From Desulfobacterales bacterium (GTDB lineage Bacteria; Desulfobacterota; Desulfobacteria; Desulfobacterales; SURF-7), in the NCBI GenBank assembly GCA_018693105.1, contig JABHLN010000003.1, forward strand, positions 4,782-68,781: DNA of 64,000 nucleotides, written 5' to 3'. The notes under the pieces are model-generated. The model made no database searches and was not told the DNA's origin. It worked only from the letters and a program-made list of their open reading frames with translations. The translations under genes and the position numbers were made by a program. Positions 19,983 through 30,902 of the stretch are shown here, piece after piece; position 1 is the first letter of the stretch; each line of letters opens with the position of its first letter.

Positions 19983-20498
19983 ATGAGCATCATAAAAGAA
20001 TTTATTAGCAGAAGAAAAAATAAAAGATTTAAAGTACCGAACGATGCCTTTGCTATACTCAGACCGAATTCGGCAACGCTAGGCCAAATCCTGAATATGA
20101 GTACAGGCGGGCTTGCATTCAATTATATTGATAATGGAGAAGATGAATACAAATCAAAGCTTATGGACATATTCCTTGCCGAAGATGGTTTTTATATGGA
20201 TAAGCTGCCGGTTAGAACTGTTTTTGATGAGAAAATAAATTCGTATTCTAATGACGGTAGCGCAATTACTATTAACAGGTGCAGGGTACAATTCGGCGAA
20301 CTTTCTCAAAAACAGATAGACAAGATGAAGTGCTTTATCCCATCTAACCCAAGGGGTTACCTACAAGACAGGAGAGCTAAAAGCTGCAACCGTTCCGGTG
20401 ATAATAGAAGAAGCTATAAAAGGCATGAATTCAAGGAAACTGATAAAAGAAAAGTTGAAGACAGAAGAATTATTGAAAGAAGAACTATCCGGATATAA
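19983..20498 (+). CDS. PilZ-domain protein
   Basis: RRKNKRF (RxxxR) and NMSTGG (D/NxSxxG); basic C-terminal tail with repeated DRR/ERR. Confidence 0.8.
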   Translation: MSIIKEFISRRKNKRFKVPNDAFAILRPNSATLGQILNMSTGGLAFNYIDNGEDEYKSKLMDIFLAEDGFYMDKLPVRTVFDEKINSYSNDGSAITINRCRVQFGELSQKQIDKMKCFIPSNPRGYLQDRRAKSCNRSGDNRRSYKRHEFKETDKRKVEDRRIIERRTIRI

Positions 20499-20545
20499 AT
20501 GTACCTGCAAAAATTATATATCTATTCATAATTTTCCTAATGAAG

Positions 20546-22249
20546 CTATTTCTGCCCGACATAAGCTTCTGCAAGATTCATAATATGATTTGAAATTCTT
20601 TTCATTCCTACTATCATATCAATAAAAATTAATCCGCTTAAGCTTTCACAGGTGCCTTCGTTCAGTCTTTTCATATGCTGTTCACGAACATAATCACCAT
20701 ATTCCTGAACATTTTTCCCACTAACTTTTGCCTCTGGAAGAAAAGTTTTGTCATTGTTAATAAATCCGTTCTTAGTAATTTCATAAAATTTTATTATTTT
20801 GCCGCACATTTTTTCAAGTTCTTTTGTTGCCTCTTCTGAAAAGTTGATATTGTTGACTTTGGCTCGTCGAACGTATTGAACTATCGCCTCACAATAATCA
20901 CCTATACTTTCAAGCTCATCAATAGCACGAATCATACTCTGCGCTTCCCTTGTCTGGACACTGTTTAAATCTCTTGATGTAAGCCTGACAAGATATACTG
21001 TAATCTCTTTCTGAATGTTATCGAGAAATTCCTCAAGCGTAAGAACCTGCTTGACATTGCTTTTCACGTCTCCCTTCTGGGTGATAATATCTTTTGTAAG
21101 AGTAAGCATGGTGTAAACATCTTCACCCAGAAACAACAATTCTATTCTCGCTTTTTCCAGAGCTATTGCAGGAATACCGAAAGCTGTCGAATCTATAAAC
21201 TTTAAATGAGAAACCCCATTTTCAGACTTACCGGGAATTATCAAGGTAACAATTTTTACCAGAACTCCTATAAGAGGCAGCCATATAAGCGTATTTGTAA
21301 TATTAAACAACGTATGAGACATGGCTATATACTGTGCCATATGAGGGGCCTCACCAGCTTCATTAATAAAATTTGCAGGGTTTGAGGCCAGTCCGAGTAT
21401 TTCATACACAAAATAATGAACAAAAGTTATATACGGTTTGAAAATTAATATGATGAACACAACTCCTATAACATTAAAAACCATGTGTGCAACTGCTGCT
21501 CGTCTTGAATTAATATCTGTACCAATACTTGCAAGATTTGCTGTTATCGTTGTTCCGATATTTTCACCGAGGACAAGTGCTGCAGCTCCTTCAAAAGAGA
21601 TTACACCGCTCATTGCAAGGGCTATTGTAATACCTAACGTCGCGCTCGATGACTGAACAATCATGGTCAGAATTGCCCCCACCATCACTGACATTATTAT
21701 TGAAGAATAATTTTCAGCACCAAATTTGGAGAACCATGCAATAAATGCAGGGTCGGCTTTTAAAGAGATAAATCCGGTTTTCATTATAAATAAACCGAAA
21801 AAAATAAATCCAAACCCCATTGCAAGTTCGCCGAAGTCTTTCAGATAATCCTTTTTTGAAAAAATATGAAAACAAACACCAACTCCAAGTATCGGCAGAG
21901 CATATTTAGTTATCTTTATGGCAATAATCCACCCGGTTATAGTCGTTCCGATATTTGCTCCAAGTATAACGCCTATCGCCTGCTGTAATTGCATCAAACC
22001 TGCATTAACAAATCCGACTACCATGACTGTAGTTACCGAACTGCTCTGCACCATAGAAGTCACAAAAATACCAACTCCAACAGCAATAAAGCGGTTTGTA
22101 GTCAAAGCATTTATTGCCATTCTGAGTCGGTCACCAGCAATTTTCTGTAATGCATCCGACATGGAAAACATGCCGAACATAAACATTCCCAAACCACCAA
22201 TTGTATGAAATATTATTGTCTCTATCACTTTTATAAATCCATAAATCAA
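20546..22249 (-). CDS. Na+/phosphate cotransporter (NptA/YjbB type) with C-terminal PhoU-like domains
   Basis: Two QSSS repeats, GANIGTT and GENIGTT, ELESIGDY; start uncertain. Confidence 0.9.
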   Translation of the reverse strand: MIYGFIKVIETIIFHTIGGLGMFMFGMFSMSDALQKIAGDRLRMAINALTTNRFIAVGVGIFVTSMVQSSSVTTVMVVGFVNAGLMQLQQAIGVILGANIGTTITGWIIAIKITKYALPILGVGVCFHIFSKKDYLKDFGELAMGFGFIFFGLFIMKTGFISLKADPAFIAWFSKFGAENYSSIIMSVMVGAILTMIVQSSSATLGITIALAMSGVISFEGAAALVLGENIGTTITANLASIGTDINSRRAAVAHMVFNVIGVVFIILIFKPYITFVHYFVYEILGLASNPANFINEAGEAPHMAQYIAMSHTLFNITNTLIWLPLIGVLVKIVTLIIPGKSENGVSHLKFIDSTAFGIPAIALEKARIELLFLGEDVYTMLTLTKDIITQKGDVKSNVKQVLTLEEFLDNIQKEITVYLVRLTSRDLNSVQTREAQSMIRAIDELESIGDYCEAIVQYVRRAKVNNINFSEEATKELEKMCGKIIKFYEITKNGFINNDKTFLPEAKVSGKNVQEYGDYVREQHMKRLNEGTCESLSGLIFIDMIVGMKRISNHIMNLAEAYVGQK

Positions 22250-22807
22250 AATATTGATAAATAGGCCTAAACAAACTACAGGCTTTTTCCGGTAGTAATT
22301 AATATTAAATAATTATGGTAAATTCAAGTTAAAAAGGAATTTTATAGTTTCATATAAAGAAAGAAAAGACTATTAAAACATGTTATCACGTTTGAAAATA
22401 AGTCGTTAACACATTATTGATAACACATTATGGATCACACAATAAAAATGAACTTGATTTTAAGCGACCCTCTAAATAAAAAATATCCGTCTGTGGTCAA
22501 AAATCGGTTTACAACATGCGGAATTTTTTAAATCCTACCGTGATCCTTCCGTTAAAAATATAATCTATGAATAATTAAAAAATATTATATGGATTATTTT
22601 ACTGCGCAAAACATCTATTTACATTACCTGAAGAAAACAATAAATATACTTTAAAGTAATTTTTACAGAATGAAAATTACAGCGAAAATAAAAAATTTAT
22701 CAAATAGAAGTAATAACTATAGATTTTGTTGACTTTTGTTAATAAATATACTATTTTATAGTTTCTATTTGTTATTTAAACTTCTCACAATAAGGAGGAT
22801 AATTTAA

Positions 22808-23329
22808 ATGAAGCAATTGCAGATTCAATTAAAATCAATAGCCAAAGCCCTTACCTCTCTCGCCAAGAAAGTAGAGACTGCCTCAAAGCAGATTGAAAAA
22901 CTCCAGGCAAAACCCGCAGCAAAAAAGAAAAAGACAGTCAAAAAAGCCGCTCCAAAGAAAAAAATAGTTAAGAAAAAAATAGTTAAGAAAAAAATAGTTA
23001 AAAAAAAAATAGTTAAAAAAACCGTAGCAAAGAAAAAAGCTGCTCCGGCAAAAAAGAAAGCAGCAAAAAAGAAAAAAGCTGCTCCGGCAAAAAAGAAAGC
23101 GGTAACAAAGAAAAAAGCTGCTCCGGCAAAAAAGAAAGCCGGAAAGGCCAAGGAATCTGTCATTGATAAGGTTTTTGACGTAATCAAAAGAAGCAAAAAA
23201 GGTATTGATAACGACGGTATTAAAAAGAAAACCGGTTTTGATTCAAGACAGGTCAGCAATGCCATATACAAACTTACTAAAAAAGGCGACATAAAAACCG
23301 CCGCACGCGGCATGTACGTGAAAAAATAA
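22808..23329 (+). CDS. Lys/Ala-rich histone H1-like protein with a C-terminal winged-helix-like domain
   Basis: KKKIV repeats and KKKAAPAKKKA repeats; C-terminal IKKKTGFDSRQVSNAIYKLTKKG; AGGAGG RBS. Confidence 0.8.
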   Translation: MKQLQIQLKSIAKALTSLAKKVETASKQIEKLQAKPAAKKKKTVKKAAPKKKIVKKKIVKKKIVKKKIVKKTVAKKKAAPAKKKAAKKKKAAPAKKKAVTKKKAAPAKKKAGKAKESVIDKVFDVIKRSKKGIDNDGIKKKTGFDSRQVSNAIYKLTKKGDIKTAARGMYVKK

Positions 23330-23402
23330 CTGCTACAAGCATGATATAATAAAACGGCAGTTATTAAATCTAATATAGGCTACTTGACCTTATTATTAAG
23401 TT

Positions 23403-23461
23403 AAAAGTCTTTAACCGGCACTATAGTTATATTCATATATAGCCGACTTAAAGACTTTTTT
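23403..23461 (+). terminator. Long hairpin terminator
   Basis: AAAAGTCTTTAA...TTAAAGACTTTT stem with a T tail. Confidence 0.6.
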
Positions 23462-23482
23462 GCTTTTTTCAGGAGTATATTC

Positions 23483-26323
23483 ATGTTCAAAAGGTTATTT
23501 TTTACATTAATGTTTGTTTTTTATATTTCACTTTTCCTTGATACTTATCATATAAAAAACATTGAAGCCTCAACTAAATGGCCACATGATAAAAGTGATC
23601 TCCTGCCTGATCAAAATGTCAAGTACGGAAAACTTTCCAATGGTTTCAGATATGTGCTTATGGAGAACAATGAACCAAAGGATCGTGTTAGCATGCATTT
23701 AAATGTTCAGGCAGGTTCAGTATACGAGAAAGATGATCAGCAGGGGACAGCTCACTTCCTCGAACATATACTTTTTTGCGGCTCCGAGAACTTCAAACCA
23801 GGCGAACTTGTAAAATATTTCCAGAGTATCGGTATGCAGTTCGGGGGAGACGCTAATGCCCATACCGGCTTTTATGAAACTGTTTATGACCTTCTTTTAC
23901 CTGATGGCAGTAGAAAAAGCATTGATAAAGCATTACTTGTTCTAAAAGACTATGCAGAAGGCGCCCTCATCCTTCAATCTGAAGTAGAAAGAGAAAAAAA
24001 GGTAGTTCTTTCTGAAAAACGTACCCGGGACTCAGCATCATACAGAACATTTATATCCACATTAAAATTTGAACTCCCGGGAATAAGACTTTCAAACAGA
24101 CTTCCCATAGGAACTGAAGTAGCACTTAAAAAGGCCAGCCGAAGTACCCTCAAAAAGTTTTATGACACATGGTACAGGCCTGAAACCATGATACTAGTCA
24201 TAGTCGGTAGCTTTGATACAAAGCTCACGGAATCACTTATAGTGGAAAACTTCTCAGCACTATCACCAAGAGATTCAAAACAACTCCCACCTGAATCTAT
24301 AGATTTTAATCATAAAGGGATAAAACCATTTTACCATTTCGAAGGGGAAGCTGGGAAAACATCTGTAACCATAGAGATTGCAAAAAAAATAACTCATACA
24401 CCTGATACTCTCGTTAAAAAAAGGCAACGATTTTCAAAAAATATTGCAGACAGAATAATAAATAACAGGTTAGAAGAACTTGTGAGTAAACCTGAAACTC
24501 CGTTCACTGCGGCTTCGATCAGTTCGGGTATATATTTTAAAAACATTGAGTTTGCTTCCATATCAGCTGATTGCAGCCCTGAGAACTGGGAAAAATCACT
24601 TTCTCTTATCGAACATGTTTTACGGAGGTCAATAAAATTCGGTTTTAACAAGTCCGAACTTGACAGAGTAAAAAAGGAATATATTTCAGGCCTGGATAGG
24701 GCTGCCAAAGGCGCTTCAACCCGAAAAAGCCAGAGCCTTTCCAGAAAAATAGTCAGTAATCTTAACAATGACAGAGTATTCCAATCCCCTGAACAGAGAA
24801 AAAAGATTTACACACCCTTAATAAATTCACTTACACTTGAAAAAATACATGAATCTTTTATTGAAACATGGGAAACTGATCACAGGCTTGTCCTTGTAAC
24901 CGGGAATGCCGATTTGAAAAACTATGACAAGAAACCGGAAGAAAAGATTCTTGAGGTTATAAATAAAAGTGCATTAACAAAAATATCAAAACCTGAAGGA
25001 AAGGCTGATGTTGTTTTTCCATATCTCAAGGAGCCTGCAGAATACGGGGAAATATCATATAAAGAAGAAATCACAGATCTTGGAATAATCCTTATCGATT
25101 TTCAAAACGGGCTCAGATTAAATTTAAAGAAGACTGATTTTAAAGCTGATGAAGTACTTGTTACAATAACCTTTGGTCACGGCAGATCAGGAGAACCGTC
25201 TGACAAACCGGGGCTTGCAAATCTTAGTTCCATGGTAATAAATGAAAGCGGTCTTGGAAAACTCAATAAAGATGACATAGAGCGTGCACTTGCAGGGAGG
25301 AACACCAGTACTTATTTTAGTATTGAGGAAGAAAGATTTGCCCTGAAGGGCCGAACTGTTACCAAAGAAGTACCTTTACTGTTTCAACTCTTATACTCAT
25401 ATATAAAAGACCCTGGTTACAGAAAAGATGCATACCTTCTCTCCACGGAGCGTTTCAGGCAAAGATATCTTTCACTTTCACACGATATAGAAGGGGCAAT
25501 GGCCCTTTCCGGTAAACGTTTCCTTGCAGGAGGTGACAGTCGCTTCGGCCTACCTGATTATGATACTTTTAAGAAGAATACTCTTAATGATATCCGGAAT
25601 TGGTTTGATAACGCACTCAATAATGAAATGCTTGAAATATCTATAGTGGGGGATTTCGATACAGACCTTGCTGTAAAAACTATATCAAAATATTTTGGAA
25701 CTCTCCCGTCTGGTCGTACCTCCGGTAAAAATAAAAACAAAAGAAAGCCTGTTTTCCCTGAGGGAAAATCAATCGAAATAAAAGTACCGACACAAATACA
25801 AAAAGGCATTGTTGAAGTTGCTTACCCTACAGAAGATTTTTGGAACATTCACAGAACACGCAGGCTTTCAGTGCTTGGACAGATTTTTTCAGAAAGGGTG
25901 CGTGTGAGAATACGAGAAAAGCTTGGTTCTGCATATTCATCATATGCATACAACAAGCCATACAGGTCTTATCCAGGATACGGTATTTTCCATGCAGTAA
26001 TTCATGTTGATCCTGAAGAAACGAATAAAATCATAAAAGAGATAAAAAATATTGCTTCAGACCTTTCGGCAGGAATAATTTCAGATGATGAATTCAGGAG
26101 AGCTTTAGACCCTATCTTAACAGGTATAAAGGACAAGCGCAGGACAAACAGCTATTGGCTGAATAGTGTACTTACCGGCTTAAAAAAACATCCCGAACAG
26201 CTCGACTGGAGCAGAACATTTTTTAAGGATTATGCTTCAGTGACCATAAGTGATGTTAAAGTACTTGCGGAAAAATATCTTGATAATAAAAAAGCGGCAA
26301 CAATCAAGATAGTTCCTGAATAA
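23483..26323 (+). CDS. M16-family zinc protease (PqqL-like), exported
   Basis: Inverted zincin HFLEH, NAHT, YDTWYRP, IREKLG; N-terminal signal peptide. Confidence 0.9.
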   Translation: MFKRLFFTLMFVFYISLFLDTYHIKNIEASTKWPHDKSDLLPDQNVKYGKLSNGFRYVLMENNEPKDRVSMHLNVQAGSVYEKDDQQGTAHFLEHILFCGSENFKPGELVKYFQSIGMQFGGDANAHTGFYETVYDLLLPDGSRKSIDKALLVLKDYAEGALILQSEVEREKKVVLSEKRTRDSASYRTFISTLKFELPGIRLSNRLPIGTEVALKKASRSTLKKFYDTWYRPETMILVIVGSFDTKLTESLIVENFSALSPRDSKQLPPESIDFNHKGIKPFYHFEGEAGKTSVTIEIAKKITHTPDTLVKKRQRFSKNIADRIINNRLEELVSKPETPFTAASISSGIYFKNIEFASISADCSPENWEKSLSLIEHVLRRSIKFGFNKSELDRVKKEYISGLDRAAKGASTRKSQSLSRKIVSNLNNDRVFQSPEQRKKIYTPLINSLTLEKIHESFIETWETDHRLVLVTGNADLKNYDKKPEEKILEVINKSALTKISKPEGKADVVFPYLKEPAEYGEISYKEEITDLGIILIDFQNGLRLNLKKTDFKADEVLVTITFGHGRSGEPSDKPGLANLSSMVINESGLGKLNKDDIERALAGRNTSTYFSIEEERFALKGRTVTKEVPLLFQLLYSYIKDPGYRKDAYLLSTERFRQRYLSLSHDIEGAMALSGKRFLAGGDSRFGLPDYDTFKKNTLNDIRNWFDNALNNEMLEISIVGDFDTDLAVKTISKYFGTLPSGRTSGKNKNKRKPVFPEGKSIEIKVPTQIQKGIVEVAYPTEDFWNIHRTRRLSVLGQIFSERVRVRIREKLGSAYSSYAYNKPYRSYPGYGIFHAVIHVDPEETNKIIKEIKNIASDLSAGIISDDEFRRALDPILTGIKDKRRTNSYWLNSVLTGLKKHPEQLDWSRTFFKDYASVTISDVKVLAEKYLDNKKAATIKIVPE

Positions 26324-26335
26324 ATACAAAAAGTA

Positions 26336-26470
26336 TTAGAATCTTTCCAAAAAAAACGGGGTTCATAGCGAGACGCAAAGGGTGGGAAAAAGGTCATAGA
26401 GTTAGTATGTGATTATTTTAAGCCGTTTTGTAACACAGCCGGGAGTACTTGGATTGATTTTTTTGCTTCT
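26336..26470. repeat. Degenerate palindromic element related to 58253-58396
   Basis: CGGGGTTC...GCAAAG...CATAG-loop-GTATGTGA...TTTGTAACACAGCCGGGAG aligns with the 58253 element; lies between convergent genes. Confidence 0.55.
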
Positions 26471-27221
26471 ATTCTTCCTGTTCTTCCAAGCCTTTAATTA
26501 ATGCAAGCACATTCTGCCCAATAACACTGTGATTATATCCACCTTCCAGTATGGCAAAACAACCGCCCCCCGACTTTTGAGCACTGTGTCTTACCATTCT
26601 GCCTATCTCGGTATAATCATCTGTTGAAAGCACTCCACCCCAGTCTTCCATGTGATTATCAAATCCTGCTGAAATCCCTATGATATCAACTTCACACCTG
26701 TCCATAATATCTGCAATCTGATGCATGTAATCAATTCTGTCATGGGTATCAATATTGAAAATAGAAACATAACCCATCGGCTCAAGGATATTTACATTGC
26801 CATCACCATAATGCATGTCTATATCTAGAACACAGGCGGTTTTTATCTTACCTTGCCTCTTTAAGACCTCAAGAGAAATTGACATGTTATTGAAATAACA
26901 AAAGCCCCATGCTGACCCTGAAGAAGCATGGTGCCCCGGGGGGCGAATAAGAGCAAAACAAGGCTGGGTCAATCCTGTAATGGCTGCCTGAATAGCTCCC
27001 CCTGCTGCAAGTGCTGATATTTGATATAGTCCCTCTTCCTTAACATAGTTTATATGATCCCGGGTATGCACCCTTGCTATGTCCTCTTCCTTTGCAGGTT
27101 CAGCCGTTACAAATTCCACTTCTGATGCTATAGCATCTACGACAGCCTCGATTCTACCCGGTGCAGAAGCAGGATCAGAAGTATAGACATGGTAAAAATC
27201 ATTGTGAAAAAACACTTTCAT
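26469..27221 (-). CDS. Zn-dependent histone deacetylase family protein (compact)
   Basis: RPPGHHA, GFCYFNN, DIDMHYGDG, SAGFD, LEGGY. Confidence 0.9.
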   Translation of the reverse strand: MKVFFHNDFYHVYTSDPASAPGRIEAVVDAIASEVEFVTAEPAKEEDIARVHTRDHINYVKEEGLYQISALAAGGAIQAAITGLTQPCFALIRPPGHHASSGSAWGFCYFNNMSISLEVLKRQGKIKTACVLDIDMHYGDGNVNILEPMGYVSIFNIDTHDRIDYMHQIADIMDRCEVDIIGISAGFDNHMEDWGGVLSTDDYTEIGRMVRHSAQKSGGGCFAILEGGYNHSVIGQNVLALIKGLEEQEE

Positions 27222-27263
27222 ATCAACTTCCCTTCAATAAGTTATATTTTTTATGGAAGGATC

Positions 27264-27533
27264 TTATTTTGCAAGCCCCAGGCCGCGAAGTCTGTTTTTT
27301 CTCCTGATCTTGTATAGTTCTTCATCTTCTCTTACCAGATAAAAAAAACTCACATTGTCTTCATCAAAACATTCATAAAGTGAGGTATATTCTTCATAGT
27401 CACTCACTTCACGAATTCTATGCACATCGTTGTTGAATTTCTCACAAACATCAGACCAGTCTTCAATTATTTTATCTTTACCAGCTTTAATAATTTCCTT
27501 GTCTGTATTATAATTTACATTTATTGCTTTCAT
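27264..27533 (-). CDS. Small acidic hypothetical protein
   Basis: ATG at 27533 preceded by GGAGGAG; 89 aa. Confidence 0.65.
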   Translation of the reverse strand: MKAINVNYNTDKEIIKAGKDKIIEDWSDVCEKFNNDVHRIREVSDYEEYTSLYECFDEDNVSFFYLVREDEELYKIRRKNRLRGLGLAK

Positions 27534-27722
27534 TACTCCTCCCCTGGGATTGAAAACCAAAATATTTTTTGTGGATGAGCACTGAACATGAAGTGTTTTT
27601 TTAATTCTTGGTACTTTAATATGCAATAAGATTCAGTTGAACTGATGCATATTATTCACCCCTTTTTATGAAAAAAGCAACTATAGAATATCTTTACTAT
27701 ATTTTTCAGGAATATAAAAAAC

Positions 27723-27781
27723 TTGACATATAATATAAAGACTATTAATTTAAACTAAATGTTTTAACTAAATGGTTAGTT
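27723..27781 (+). promoter_or_regulatory. Sigma70-like promoter and TetR-type operator palindrome
   Basis: TTGACA at 27723; AACTAA-ATGG-TTAGTT at 27766-27781 plus a half copy at 27752, just upstream of the tetR gene. Confidence 0.6.
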
Positions 27782-27835
27782 TAATTATCCTAAAGAGTCC
27801 AAATCATAAATTATCAATAAAAAAGGTAATTGTTA

Positions 27836-28465
27836 ATGGCCAAAAAAAACAAACGATACGAAACATCAAGTAAAATCCTTAAGGCCGCCACCCAGGTGTT
27901 TTCAGAGGTCGGTTTTGCCGGAGCACGAGTTGATGAAATTGCACAACGGGCAGGAGTAAACAAAGCAACCATCTATTATAATACGGGCGACAAGAAAACA
28001 TTGTATGCACGTGTATTGCAGAAAATTTCAGGTGAAATGTATGCACATCCTTCAGAAAATATTGAAAAGGTGCTCACACCTGTAGGCCAGTTAAAAGCCT
28101 ATGTTAGAAATATTGCCAATGTTATCGACCGGAATCCTGCTCTTCCCAACATTATACTATGGGAACATGCAAGCGGGGGTAAAAACTTTCCTGAAGAGGC
28201 TTCAATCGAAATTGCTAAAATGATCGAAATGTTGATAAATATACTAAAAGAAGGGGAAAAACAGGATATATTTATTAAGACCTCACCGATTCTTATCCAG
28301 TTTATGATAATGGGTTCCTTTATGCTTTATAAAACAAGCAACCCCATAAGAAAAATGCACACAGCCTTCCCCCGGGAGGTAAAAAAATCAGAATCGAATC
28401 TATCCGGTACTATTGCGGATGAAATTGAAAAATATATTTTAAAGGCTGTTAAAAAGGAGAACTAA
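27836..28465 (+). CDS. TetR/AcrR family regulator
   Basis: GFAGARVDEIAQRAGVNKATIYY HTH. Confidence 0.92.
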   Translation: MAKKNKRYETSSKILKAATQVFSEVGFAGARVDEIAQRAGVNKATIYYNTGDKKTLYARVLQKISGEMYAHPSENIEKVLTPVGQLKAYVRNIANVIDRNPALPNIILWEHASGGKNFPEEASIEIAKMIEMLINILKEGEKQDIFIKTSPILIQFMIMGSFMLYKTSNPIRKMHTAFPREVKKSESNLSGTIADEIEKYILKAVKKEN

Positions 28466-30892
28466 ATGTCCGGTACAAGAGACCGCATAGAAACATGGTT
28501 TGAAAAAACGGCAAACCTGATTTATGACAATCGTTATAAAACACTAATATTAATTTTTATCTTCATCCTGACACTGACTGCCCAGATAAGAAAAATTACA
28601 ATAGACGTATCAACAGAAGGTTTCCTCCATAAAGACGACCCCAAGCTTTCACAATATGAAGCATTTCGTGACCAGTTCGGCAGAGAGGAAATGATTATAA
28701 TAGCCCTTAAACCACCCGATGTATTCAACCTGGAATTTCTTACGGAACTTAAGAAACTTCATGAAGAAATTGAAAATAAGGTTCCTTTCCTTGAAGATGT
28801 AAAAAGTCTTATAAATGCAAGAAGCACGCGTGGTGAAAAAGATGATCTTATCGTGGGGGATTTTCTTGAAAACTGGCCGGAAACACCTGAAGAGGTTAAT
28901 GAATTAAGAAACCGCGCCCTTGCAAACCCCATGTATAAAAACATGCTGGTGTCTGAAGACGGCATGTTCACAACGATTATAATTCAGTCACAGACATATA
29001 CAGCAGACTTAAACAAGGAAGACGCTCTTGATGGTTTCGACGATTCTTTTGAAACGGATACGGAGGAAGCAAAACCTGAATCCAACGGCCCTGCTTCTAA
29101 AAATTATCTATCGGACAAGGAAAACGGTGAAATTGTAAAAGCTGTAGAAGAAATTATAAAAAGTCAAAATATACCAAACACGGAGATATATGTTGGAGGC
29201 ACACCGGTTGTTACGCATTTTTTAAAAAGGACGATGATGAAAGATATGAGGAAATTTATGGCTATTGCCATTGGTACGATCAGCCTCTTTCTTTTTATCA
29301 TGTTCAGGAGGATATCATGCATATTTATGCCTCTTGGGGTTGTAATTTCTTCGCTTCTTTCCACAGTGGGTCTGATGGCCCTTACAGGCACTGCGATAAA
29401 ACTACCCACTCAGATTCTTCCGTCATTTATACTTGCTGTAGGCATTGGTGATTCGGTCCATATTCTTGTTATTTTCTTCCAGCATTTTAATAAATATGGC
29501 AAAAAAAAAGAGGCCATCTCCCATGCTCTCGGTCACTCAGGGCTCGCGGTCCTGATGACCAGCCTCACAACCGCAGGGGGTCTTTTATCATTCTCAACCG
29601 CAGCAGTTGCCCCAATAGCAGATCTAGGCCAATTCGCAGCTGCCGGTGTTTTGCTCGCTTTTTTATATACTGTGGTTCTGCTTCCGGCGCTGCTGGCTAT
29701 TTTCCCGCTGAAGCCGAAAAAATCGGGGGATACAGAAGAAACGAAGCCGATAATAGACAGGTTGCTCAAATCCATCGGCAAAATTTCGATAAACTATCCA
29801 TACAGGGTCCTTGCTATCTCATCTGTTATTATCATTTTTTCAATATGCGGAATGGCTAGAATATATTTTTCTCATAATCCTTTAAAATGGTTTCCGGCTA
29901 CTAGTTCGGCCCGTATTGCGAATGAAAAGATTGACGCGGAAATGAAAGGATCAACCAGCCTTGAAGTCATTATTGATACAAGTAAGGAAAACGGGCTTTA
30001 TGAGCCGGCATTATTAAATAAACTTGAAGAAACAACAAAGCATTTCGAAAAATACAAATCAGACAAAGTTTTTATAGGTAAAGCCTGGACGATCACAACA
30101 ATATTAAAAGAGATTAATCAGGCGCTGCATTCAAATGACAAAGATTATTATAAAATACCCGGCGACAAACAGCTTACAGCACAGGAATTTCTACTCTTTG
30201 AAAACAGCGGCTCTGATGACCTTGAAGATGTAACAGACAGCCAGTTTACAAAAACAAGGTTTACAATAAAAGTCCCCTTCATTGATGCAATTGCCTATAC
30301 CGGATTTATAAAATATGCTGAAAAGTATTTTACATCGAATTATTCCGAAGAAAAAATCACAATTACCGGAATGGTGTCCCTGTTCGTCCAGGTAATAAAC
30401 AGCGCAATTATCAGTATGGCAAAAAGCTACGGATATGCTATGATTATAATTAGCATTCTAATGATTCTACTTGTGGGACGTGTCAGAATCGGTCTGTTAT
30501 CTATGATTCCTAACATCGCACCAATACTTGTTATGCTTGGTATCATGGGATGGGCAAATATTCCCATGGACCTATTCTGCATGCTGGTTGGAAGTATTGC
30601 CATAGGACTTGCCGTTGATGATACGATTCATTTCATGCATAATTTCAGACGATATTTTGAAGAAAGCAATGATGCAGAAGATGCTGTACTGCGTACCCTG
30701 CATACAGCAGGACGGGCAATGCTTGTAACCACATGTGTATTGTCCATCGGTTTCTTCACATTCATGTTCGCCGACATGAAAAACCTTTTCAATTTCGGCA
30801 TGCTGACCGGAATTACAATTTCAATGGCGCTTCTTTCAGATTACTTCATCGCGCCATCACTAATGATAATAGTAAACAGAGGAAAAAAATAA
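28466..30892 (+). CDS. MMPL/RND-family transporter
   Basis: Duplicated architecture; AVGIGDSVH, TSLTTAGG, GLAVDDTIH, GRAMLVTT. Confidence 0.9.
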   Translation: MSGTRDRIETWFEKTANLIYDNRYKTLILIFIFILTLTAQIRKITIDVSTEGFLHKDDPKLSQYEAFRDQFGREEMIIIALKPPDVFNLEFLTELKKLHEEIENKVPFLEDVKSLINARSTRGEKDDLIVGDFLENWPETPEEVNELRNRALANPMYKNMLVSEDGMFTTIIIQSQTYTADLNKEDALDGFDDSFETDTEEAKPESNGPASKNYLSDKENGEIVKAVEEIIKSQNIPNTEIYVGGTPVVTHFLKRTMMKDMRKFMAIAIGTISLFLFIMFRRISCIFMPLGVVISSLLSTVGLMALTGTAIKLPTQILPSFILAVGIGDSVHILVIFFQHFNKYGKKKEAISHALGHSGLAVLMTSLTTAGGLLSFSTAAVAPIADLGQFAAAGVLLAFLYTVVLLPALLAIFPLKPKKSGDTEETKPIIDRLLKSIGKISINYPYRVLAISSVIIIFSICGMARIYFSHNPLKWFPATSSARIANEKIDAEMKGSTSLEVIIDTSKENGLYEPALLNKLEETTKHFEKYKSDKVFIGKAWTITTILKEINQALHSNDKDYYKIPGDKQLTAQEFLLFENSGSDDLEDVTDSQFTKTRFTIKVPFIDAIAYTGFIKYAEKYFTSNYSEEKITITGMVSLFVQVINSAIISMAKSYGYAMIIISILMILLVGRVRIGLLSMIPNIAPILVMLGIMGWANIPMDLFCMLVGSIAIGLAVDDTIHFMHNFRRYFEESNDAEDAVLRTLHTAGRAMLVTTCVLSIGFFTFMFADMKNLFNFGMLTGITISMALLSDYFIAPSLMIIVNRGKK

Positions 30893-30902
30893 AGGAGACA
30901 CA

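Noticed and set aside
22825..23313. Phe/Ala-rich 162-aa ORF resembling a membrane protein
   Set aside because: Antisense shadow of the Lys-rich gene, which has the RBS
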